From contig JBGOVX010000002.1 of assembly GCA_041478355.1 (NCBI GenBank), positions 7,384 through 71,383 on the forward strand: a stretch of 64,000 bases of DNA, given 5' to 3'. Below the pieces are notes generated by a model. It was not told the origin of the DNA. It searched no databases and saw only the letters and a list, made by a program, of their open reading frames with translations. The stretch's first letter is position 1. Each line of letters begins with the position of its first letter. The position numbers and the translations under genes were made by a program. This DNA is from Terriglobia bacterium. Lineage in GTDB: Bacteria; Acidobacteriota; Terriglobia; Acidiferrales; UBA7541. Below are positions 46,392-53,871 of the stretch, one piece after another.

Positions 46392-47756
46392 CTACTTTGA
46401 AGATAACGATGGCACAATTTTCCCAGCTTGCCAAACGGCGGACAGCTTCTCAGTATTGTGAATATCCTGCAGGGGATTCGCGTCCAGGACCAGTAAATCA
46501 GCCTGCCGGCCGGGTTGCAGAGTGCCGAATACTTTTTCTCCCCTCAAGATCGACGCGTTGGTTCCGGTAGCGGCGACGATCGCCTGCATCGGTGTGAGGC
46601 CGGCTTCCACCATCAGTTGCAACTCGCGGTGCTCGAAGAAACCCGAGAAACGCGTTGGCACTCCGGAATCAGTCCCAAAGGTAATTTTCACTCCAGCGTC
46701 TGACAGAGTTTTCAAATTCTTCTTGCCCATTTCCAATCCCGCTTGATATTTTGCGAGGTCCGGGTCCCGGCGAATCTTCTCCACGAAGTCCGGACTTCGC
46801 AACAACGCCAGGACTGCAGGATCCACACCCGCTTGGAAGAAGGGATCATCCAGCCACTTCGCGCCGGTGACATAGACAAACATCACTTCGTCGCGAACCA
46901 GCGTGGGAATCAAAAAGATGCCACTCGTTTTCATGGTCTTGATCAGTTCATCGTCGACGGGCTGGTCGCGAACACTATGAGCGAGCCCGTCGACGCCCGC
47001 CGCGATCAAGGCCTTGGCATCGGCCAGATAAAACTCATGAGCGAAGACTCGCAAATGCTGGCGGTGCGCTTCGTCGATAATTGCCTGGTAAATTTCGGGT
47101 TTCATTTTCGGGCTACGGCCTAGGTTGTCGTCCACCCACATCTTCACGTAATCGGGGTGGTGCGAGGCGACCTCAACTACTTTGGCGCGGGCTTCTTCGG
47201 GAGTATTGGGGTGGTAACGAGGGTCGGCGGGATTCGGGTGGCTGTTACTTTCGGCGAATCCACGTCCAGCGGTAAACAAACGCGCTCCGGGCAAGTTTCC
47301 CGCTTGTTGGGCGTCACGCAGACTGAAGATCAGCTCCGCGTCCTGACCGAACGAGGCGACGGTCTCCACGCCGTAAGACTGGTATTTTAGGAGCTGCCAA
47401 CGAATATTTTCTTCCGTGTATTTTCCGCCGGCGGAGTCGGCCCCATTCACGGTCAGCCCAATGTGTCCGTGGAGGTTGATCAGCGCTGGCATAATTGTTT
47501 TCCCGGTCAGGTCCCGCACTTCGGCGTCTTTCGGAATGCGAACCGACCCCGCCTTTCCCGCTGCCACGATCTTATCCGCGCGGATGAGGACCACGGAGTT
47601 CTCGATTGCGGGGCGGCCGGTCCCATCGATCAGCAATGCGCCTTTGAGCGCGATATCCCGCGTGGGAGCCTGCGCGGCAACGCGCGCGCAGAAACCTTGC
47701 ATAGCCACGCACACAACCAGGATTGTAAAAATACTTGAACGCTTATTCGCTCTCAT
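46392..47756 (-). CDS. Secreted amidohydrolase (COG1228-type), paralogue of 37860-39314
   Basis: ORF trimmed to ATG 47756, which follows GGAGG. Signal peptide. INLHGHIG metal motif and C-terminal GRQADLLVLDANPL. Confidence 0.85.
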   Translation of the reverse strand: MRANKRSSIFTILVVCVAMQGFCARVAAQAPTRDIALKGALLIDGTGRPAIENSVVLIRADKIVAAGKAGSVRIPKDAEVRDLTGKTIMPALINLHGHIGLTVNGADSAGGKYTEENIRWQLLKYQSYGVETVASFGQDAELIFSLRDAQQAGNLPGARLFTAGRGFAESNSHPNPADPRYHPNTPEEARAKVVEVASHHPDYVKMWVDDNLGRSPKMKPEIYQAIIDEAHRQHLRVFAHEFYLADAKALIAAGVDGLAHSVRDQPVDDELIKTMKTSGIFLIPTLVRDEVMFVYVTGAKWLDDPFFQAGVDPAVLALLRSPDFVEKIRRDPDLAKYQAGLEMGKKNLKTLSDAGVKITFGTDSGVPTRFSGFFEHRELQLMVEAGLTPMQAIVAATGTNASILRGEKVFGTLQPGRQADLLVLDANPLQDIHNTEKLSAVWQAGKIVPSLSSK

Positions 47757-48123
47757 AGGGAAAGACCTCCGGTAGACCTCTGATGTCGATTCCATTCGGA
47801 TGCGCTTCGACTGCAGCCGCGCGCAGAGAAACTCTTATTCCTTGTTGGGCGAGAAAACAACCACCAGCAGACGCTTGGCTCACAGAATTTCATTTTCCTT
47901 GTACACGCGGTCCCATTTTGATCAACCTAGCACCTATGTAAATAATTGGCAGCTATGTTGCACCATGCAAAACTGATGTCAAGAACTTTTACTCATTCCA
48001 TTCGGGTTGACATTTCAAATCCGCTGAAAAATGTGTCTACGAGAAATCCGACGGACAGGATAAATCGTCGAGGGCAACTTCGAGGACCAGGACGGAAGCG
48101 CTATCGCCTCCGCCTCCCGATCG

Positions 48124-49218
48124 TTACTTCTTGACGTATTTCTTAAAATCCATCGGTCCGACTTCCGCCCCGTATACGTTGCCCTCATGGTCGACTGCAA
48201 CGCCTTCGGCCGCGCTCGAGCCGCCCTTCGTTTCAGCGTCTGGAATGAAGGCGGTTACTGTGCCGTCTTTGGCGCTTCCGATTCGAATGCCCCGCTTACA
48301 ACCTGGGTTGTATCCGTAACCCGACTTCTGTCCGGGCTGGTTTGGGTTGTCGGTCGACTCGGAGTCGGTCACGTACATGGTGTCGTCTTTGTCGATGAAA
48401 ATCCCGCTCGGCCGGCCGAATTGCTTCCACTCCGCGATGAATTTTCCGTCCTGGTCGAAGATCTGGATGCGATTATTGGAACGGTCGCCAACGAATAGCC
48501 GTCCCCTGGAATCGAAGGCCAGAGTGTGGGGCCCCTCGAACTCGCCCGGGGCCGCCCCGAGCTTTCCCCACATCTTGATAAATTTCCCGTCCTTCGAGAA
48601 CTTGACGATGCGCGCATTCACTGGCGAATCCACTGGAGAATTATGTCCATCAGCGACAAAAATGTCGCCATTCGGCGCGATGGCGACAGCCGAGGGCCGA
48701 TTGAATGTGTCCGGGCCATCTCCGGGGACGCCGGCCTTGCCCAGCGTCATCAAGACTTTTCCATCCGGGCTGAACTTGAAGATCTGGTGGCCCTTTCCAT
48801 GTTTGCCAACATCGTCACTTGTGGCGCCTCCACCGACTCCGTCGGTTACCCACACGTTTCCATCCTTATCCACGGTGAGACCGTGAGGGTAAATAAACAT
48901 TCCCGCGCCAAAACTCTTCAGAAGTTTGCCTGACCGGTCAAACTCCAGGATTGGCGCAAGGTTCGAGCCCACGCAACTATTTCCGCCGCACCGGTCATAT
49001 GTCCAAATGTTGCCTTCGGGACTGATGGCGGCGCCCGAAGTCGATCCCCACTTCCTCCCATCCGGCAATTGCGCCCAGTTGCGGACCATCCTGTAGGGAT
49101 TGGGGAGATCGTTGCGAGGAGGTGAGCTGGCCTGAGCGCGTGCCCTCACTCCAAACATCGCGATCATCATGACGGCGGCTACCGCCAACGTAGAGTTCAC
49201 TCGAGGTGTATGCAACAT
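48124..49218 (-). CDS. Secreted NHL-repeat six-bladed beta-propeller (peptidyl-hydroxyglycine lyase-like)
   Basis: ORF trimmed to ATG 49218, which follows AGGAGG. Signal peptide. Repeated DGNVWVTD / NGDIFVADG / RLFVGDRSNNRIQIFD blades. Confidence 0.8.
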   Translation of the reverse strand: MLHTPRVNSTLAVAAVMMIAMFGVRARAQASSPPRNDLPNPYRMVRNWAQLPDGRKWGSTSGAAISPEGNIWTYDRCGGNSCVGSNLAPILEFDRSGKLLKSFGAGMFIYPHGLTVDKDGNVWVTDGVGGGATSDDVGKHGKGHQIFKFSPDGKVLMTLGKAGVPGDGPDTFNRPSAVAIAPNGDIFVADGHNSPVDSPVNARIVKFSKDGKFIKMWGKLGAAPGEFEGPHTLAFDSRGRLFVGDRSNNRIQIFDQDGKFIAEWKQFGRPSGIFIDKDDTMYVTDSESTDNPNQPGQKSGYGYNPGCKRGIRIGSAKDGTVTAFIPDAETKGGSSAAEGVAVDHEGNVYGAEVGPMDFKKYVKK

Positions 49219-49372
49219 TATGATCCTCCTTGGAAAAGAGCGAATATGACGCACGGCGCGGAGTTTACCACTTCACCGATTTCCAGCCCACCAAAAAACT
49301 TGGCGAGCAACCTGATTGGTGACGTTTTTCTAATGGGCAATGACTTGCCCCGCCTATAATTGTTATTAACGA

Positions 49373-49864
49373 TTATTTAGGAAACTCAACCTCATGAAAA
49401 ATGGTGATTCGCCATTGACCGTTCACCTTCGTCACAACCCAGGCGAAAAGTCCCTTTCGATCGGGATTGTCCGAGCCGTCCGGCGCTTTCGACCCGGTCA
49501 TTTCCCAAAGATCATCCACCACCGCGATATCGGCGGTCAAGAATCGGATATTTTTAACTGTATCCGTTCTATGAGCATTCTTCAGAATCCCTGCGTGCAA
49601 AGTCGTGAGGATTTGCTCAATTTCTTTCTGCCCGTGGCGGTTTGCTCCGCGTAAATTTGTAAAGTCGGCGTCTTCGGCGAATAAAGCTGCGGCGGCGTGA
49701 GCGTCATGATGATTAAAGGTGTCGGAATAGCCGGCCACAACCTGCTTGATCGCGGAAATATCCGCGTCGCCGGTGTTCGGCCCCGCCTGGGCCCACAAGC
49801 TGGAATGAGAACACGAAAGCAGAAAGAAAATGGTAACAGCCGCTCTCACAGGACTGGAAATCAT
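49373..49864 (-). CDS. Secreted SgcJ/EcaC-type NTF2-like protein (DUF4440-like)
   Basis: ORF trimmed to ATG 49864, which follows AGGAG. Signal peptide. IKQVVAGYSDTFNHHDAHAAAALFAEDADF ... NGQWRITIFH. Confidence 0.7.
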   Translation of the reverse strand: MISSPVRAAVTIFFLLSCSHSSLWAQAGPNTGDADISAIKQVVAGYSDTFNHHDAHAAAALFAEDADFTNLRGANRHGQKEIEQILTTLHAGILKNAHRTDTVKNIRFLTADIAVVDDLWEMTGSKAPDGSDNPDRKGLFAWVVTKVNGQWRITIFHEVEFPK

Positions 49865-50059
49865 CGCAATCTCCTTTAGCAAACTCGTGCATCGACTGCT
49901 GAGTCTGTTTACCTCTGAAGGTTGTATCACGATTTAAGCGACTACTGAACATTCAGAAGTTCGCCGGCCAAAGGATACACATTGCTCGCCGGGGGCGGCC
50001 AGATGTATGGTACCGCTTGGCTACGCAGCCAACTCGGGAATAAATCGGAGGATGAATTC

Positions 50060-51199
50060 ATGTTGAATTATAGGAAGATCAAATTGCTCGGCATAGCCGC
50101 ACTTTCAGTTGTCGTGTGCTTGTATGCCGCAGCTCTGTGTCCGATAGCTTCAGCACAAGCCCCGCCACCGCAATATAAGGTCGATCCCTATTGGCCAAAA
50201 GAATTGCCTAACAATTGGCTGGTGGGGCAAATCGGCGGGATGACCGTGGATAGCGAGAATCATATTTGGGTTTTGCAGCGCCCAGGCAGCAACACACCGG
50301 ACGAGATCAGCGCGGACCCCAGCTCACCGCGTCATGCAATGTGCTGTTTTCCCGCGCCTCCGGTCCTGGAATTCGACACCGAGGGAAACCTCCTAAAATC
50401 CTGGGGTGGCCCCGGCAAAGGATACGACTGGCCCAGCGTGGAACACGGAATCCATGTCGATCGAGCGGGCAACGTCTGGATTGGCGGCAATGGGCCGAGT
50501 GACCGCCATGCACTCAAATTTACCAACGACGGAAAATTCCTCAAGCAAATTGGCCATCCTTCCAAGGAGCCGGTGAATAGCGCGGACACCACTCTGCTCG
50601 GCCGGCCAGCGGGCCTCGAAATAGACGAAGGCGCCCGCGAGTTGTACATCTCGGATGGTTACATGAATAAACGTGTGATCGTGTTTGATTCCGACACCTT
50701 GGCTTTCAAGCGAATGTGGGGCGGATATGGAAACGTGCCCAACGATACCGACCCCGGCCCGTACAAAGGCAAGGGTAACGCTCCTGTTGATCAGCAGTTC
50801 CGGTCTCCTGTCCATTGCGCTCACATCTCGGTCGATGGGCTGGTTTATGTGTGCGACCGCGCCAATGATCGGGTTCAGATATTTACCAAGCAAGGCAAGT
50901 TCTTAAAAGAATTTTTCGTGCGGCCGGAAACTCTGGAGCCGGGAACCGTTTGCGACATTGCCTTCTCACATGACGCGGCCCAGGAATACCTTTTGGTGGC
51001 CGACGACACCAACAATGTGGTCTGGACGTTGCGCCGCAGCGACGGCGTAGTGCTCGGTATGTTCGGGCACAACGGCCGCAACGTAGGCCAGTTCCACGCG
51101 ATACATCAACTCGTGTCCGATTCTGCCGGAAATCTCTATGAGGGCGAAGTAGAAACCGGCAAGCGAGTTCAGAAATTCACGCTGGTTACCGGAAAATAG
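50060..51199 (+). CDS. Secreted NHL-repeat beta-propeller, paralogue of 48124-49218
   Basis: ORF trimmed to ATG 50060, which follows GGAGGA. Signal peptide. Blades DSENHIWVLQR, AGNVWIGG, ELYISDGYMNKRVIVFD, LVYVCDRANDRVQIF. Confidence 0.8.
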   Translation: MLNYRKIKLLGIAALSVVVCLYAAALCPIASAQAPPPQYKVDPYWPKELPNNWLVGQIGGMTVDSENHIWVLQRPGSNTPDEISADPSSPRHAMCCFPAPPVLEFDTEGNLLKSWGGPGKGYDWPSVEHGIHVDRAGNVWIGGNGPSDRHALKFTNDGKFLKQIGHPSKEPVNSADTTLLGRPAGLEIDEGARELYISDGYMNKRVIVFDSDTLAFKRMWGGYGNVPNDTDPGPYKGKGNAPVDQQFRSPVHCAHISVDGLVYVCDRANDRVQIFTKQGKFLKEFFVRPETLEPGTVCDIAFSHDAAQEYLLVADDTNNVVWTLRRSDGVVLGMFGHNGRNVGQFHAIHQLVSDSAGNLYEGEVETGKRVQKFTLVTGK

Positions 51200-51265
51200 G
51201 ATTTTTGAAAAGATCCGGCTCGGACCCGGCCTCCTATCACTTCAGAACTGGCTCCGTCATATTTT

Positions 51266-51982
51266 TCAGTTGATGGCGAAGCAGTAGAAGTAACCGGCGC
51301 CGCCGAAAGGCGCGAAACTTTCCTGGCTGCAGCCTGCGGAAGGGTGCGACGAGTTCCACGATGAGTTACCGCTAGTGTGAACGCCGGGGCCGCCGCCGGT
51401 GCGGTCATGGTGGCCGACCTGGGCGCTGCCGCTACCGCTGCTGGTCCAGTTCTGGCAAGTGTGGTCGGCATTGTCGGTAAAAGCCCTGCCGTCGGGTTGC
51501 GAGCCAGTCAATATATCGTGCAAGTTGGGTTTGTCGAAAACTCCGGTGACCCGCTCTCCCTTCTCAGTAAGCGCGGTCGCCATATTAATGTTGTTGCCCA
51601 AGCGCGCGGCGTCCAGAGTATCTCCATTTAAATCCGCGACGCTGTCAGCGACACGCACTCCCCTGACGTTGTACCAGGGACCTTGGCCAATGCGGTCGCG
51701 GGCATTGACCGCTGGTTGACTGCCGGACGCGCCGGTACTGAGGTAAGCGCGCCAGGTCTTGTTGCCCGCACCTACGGCCGCGGCCAACTTCTGGCAGTGC
51801 GCATCAGCTCCGGCCAAGCCACCCAGGTCGCCTCCATTACCGGGACCCGCGCTGGTGACGAAGAAACTCATGGGCATCGGAGGATTCTTCGGAGTTTGCG
51901 CGAATGCCAGATAGGAGCACAGTAGACAAATGGTGATCATGCCAAAAATATATTTTCCATTACTCGTACGGGAATTATTCAT
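51266..51982 (-). CDS. Secreted endostatin-like / DUF1554-like four-cysteine protein
   Basis: 238 aa with a signal peptide. FFVTSAGPGNGGDLGGLAGADAHCQKLAAAVGAGNKTWRAYLST. Four Cys in total. C-terminal YFYCFAIN. Confidence 0.55.
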   Translation of the reverse strand: MNNSRTSNGKYIFGMITICLLCSYLAFAQTPKNPPMPMSFFVTSAGPGNGGDLGGLAGADAHCQKLAAAVGAGNKTWRAYLSTGASGSQPAVNARDRIGQGPWYNVRGVRVADSVADLNGDTLDAARLGNNINMATALTEKGERVTGVFDKPNLHDILTGSQPDGRAFTDNADHTCQNWTSSGSGSAQVGHHDRTGGGPGVHTSGNSSWNSSHPSAGCSQESFAPFGGAGYFYCFAIN

Positions 51983-52206
51983 ACCGGCTCTCCTTCAGGT
52001 TGTTGTTTTCACAATGACCGCTGATGCTGGTCCACTTCTGACTGTGATTTCTGTTTTCGTTTCCTGACCGAGCGTCAACATACATCTGACGGTCCATGAG
52101 CGCAATAGGTCAGTCAGTTTTTTCCCCGGCGTGATTGCTGGCGCATTTTCTATCCATGAATGTGTTAGTCGTTATGGCGTCAGAGAAGAGAAAAGGCGAG
52201 GCTTGA

Positions 52207-52296
52207 TGGCGGAGAGGGTGGGATTTGAACCCACGGTCGAGTTTCCCCGACACTCGCTTTCGAGGCGAGCTCTTTCAACCGCTCAGACACCTCTCC
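52207..52296 (-). tRNA. tRNA-Ser (anticodon CGA)
   Basis: Hand-folded. Acceptor stem GGAGAGG/CCTCTCC, discriminator G, encoded CCA. Anticodon stem CTCGC/GCGAG with loop CTCGAAA. Long variable arm. T arm GTGGG-TTCAAAT-CCCAC. 90 nt. Confidence 0.95.
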
Positions 52297-52379
52297 GCGG
52301 CACATCCATTCTAACGGAGGCGTTGCGCCAGGGCAACGCGCCACTCGCGGGGTGATGCCCCCGCCCGCAAGACGCCTTT

Positions 52380-52964
52380 CTACTTTCCGCCAGCCAAGAA
52401 ACGAAATGGAAAAAATGCAGAGACGCGTCGCCGGTACGCCGCATACCTCGCGCCAAACCTGGCGCCCAGTTCCCTCTCCTCCAGATGGATCACCAAGAGG
52501 GCAGCGACGAACCACACCGCGAGAACGGTCCATAGGACGAGCGTCCCCGCAATCAGAGCGGCTCCCAGGACGGCGCCGAACATTCCCGTGTAGCGCGGGT
52601 GCCGCACATAAGCGTACAGGCCGCGATCCAACATTTCGCCTGTTCCGGTAAGCTCTGCGTGGCCGACCAGCCTGCGGCTGCCCAATTCACGCTCTACCCG
52701 AAATAAAACATAAATTTCTGCGCTAATGAGCGCCAAACCTACGACAACCGCGAACCAGGAAGGTCGCGTGGCGGCCAAGAGCCGGCGGCGGAAAACCCAT
52801 AGAAGGACACCCCCGACGGTCCATGCCGTAAGGCCCGCGATCAAAAATGCGGAGCGAACTCGTGTTCGCCAGAAGGAATTGAACGGATGCAGGATTAACC
52901 AGTAGATGGGAATCGGCAGTTCAAAGAAAAGAATAAATCCGGCGACCGCGTGGAGGAAACGCAT
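52380..52964 (-). CDS. Isoprenylcysteine carboxyl methyltransferase (ICMT/PEMT-like) family membrane methyltransferase
   Basis: 194 aa, polytopic. GLYAYVRHPRYTGMFGAVLG motif. Start abuts the upstream stop with a 0-nt gap. Confidence 0.8.
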   Translation of the reverse strand: MRFLHAVAGFILFFELPIPIYWLILHPFNSFWRTRVRSAFLIAGLTAWTVGGVLLWVFRRRLLAATRPSWFAVVVGLALISAEIYVLFRVERELGSRRLVGHAELTGTGEMLDRGLYAYVRHPRYTGMFGAVLGAALIAGTLVLWTVLAVWFVAALLVIHLEERELGARFGARYAAYRRRVSAFFPFRFLAGGK

Positions 52965-53174
52965 TTAACTCACTTTCTGATCCTTAGGCCTGAATAACGC
53001 GTGCAGCGGCGAGTAGCCGATCAGGCCCAAAACCAATGCCACGCCGCCCAGCGTGAGCCAGGTCCATTGCGTCCAGCCCTGGTCAGCGCCCCACAGCCCC
53101 CAACTCACCGCGGAAATGCCGGCTACGACATAGATAAGTCGCGCGATCCCCGCGACATTCGGCTCCGCTGCCAT
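52965..53174 (-). CDS. DUF2892-like two-TM small membrane protein
   Basis: 69 aa. NVAGIARLIYVVAGISAVSWGLWG ... GGVALVLGLIGYSPLHALF resembles the YgaP-type DUF2892 pattern but lacks its usual Cys. Confidence 0.5.
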   Translation of the reverse strand: MAAEPNVAGIARLIYVVAGISAVSWGLWGADQGWTQWTWLTLGGVALVLGLIGYSPLHALFRPKDQKVS

Positions 53175-53366
53175 TCCGTGACCTCACTTGTGAACGCTTG
53201 TGGACGCTTTCGACCCTTCGCATCTTATCAGAGGTGGCCGGAGGTTTGATGTCTCTCCCATCACTCGCGTGTGACGCGCTTAAGACGGCCCCGATCAAGA
53301 CGGGTTGACGCCGCTTCTGTTTCCGTGGAGGATGCTACCGCGGTTCAGACACTCCAAGGAGGCGTT

Positions 53367-53723
53367 GTGAGCGGGTTGAAAAAGACTTCGTGGAAAGAAA
53401 CGGAAATGGAAAAGCTGAACGATAAGATCTCACGACAGATGATTTCCGGCGAGAATGCAACGGTTTCACAACTTCTGCTAAAACGCGGCGCAATGGTGCC
53501 GCGCCATTCCCACGTCAACGAACAATATTCATGGATCATTTCCGGAAAGCTGACATTTGTATTCGACGACCGTGAAATCGTGGTCGGCGCCGGAGAATTC
53601 CTTCTCATTCCGGCAAATGTGCCGCACTCCGCGGTGGCGGAAGAAGACACCGTGGACGTCGATATCTTCGCGCCTCGCCGGGAAGACTGGATACGCAAGG
53701 AAGATTCCTACCTCCGAGGGTAG
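53367..53723 (+). CDS. Cupin-domain protein
   Basis: GTG 53367 lies 4 nt after AAGGAGG; alternative ATG at 53406. Cupin motifs GAMVPRHSHVNEQYSWIISG and IPANVPHSAVA. Confidence 0.7.
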   Translation: MSGLKKTSWKETEMEKLNDKISRQMISGENATVSQLLLKRGAMVPRHSHVNEQYSWIISGKLTFVFDDREIVVGAGEFLLIPANVPHSAVAEEDTVDVDIFAPRREDWIRKEDSYLRG

Positions 53724-53871
53724 GCCGCATCCGTGACCAGGAAACTAGCCTGCACTAGCTTCGACCCGATAAGCGTCTAAATGTAAACCCTACGCTACGC
53801 GCACCTATCCGGCGCGACCCGTACGGGTATAATATCGTTATGCAAGGCGCGAATTCCCTTGTGAGGCTCAA

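Noticed and set aside
29002-52206. Possibility that the secretome region is a genomic island integrated at the 3' end of tRNA-Ser.
   Set aside because: There is no integrase, transposase or phage gene, and no direct repeat of the tRNA 3' end that I could find. No obvious compositional break is visible by eye apart from short AT-rich promoters.
52180-52533. 117-aa minus-strand ORF and 74-aa plus-strand ORF (52131-52355) overlapping the tRNA-Ser locus.
   Set aside because: They overlap a cleanly folding tRNA and have no Shine-Dalgarno sequence or motifs. They are ORF-caller artefacts.
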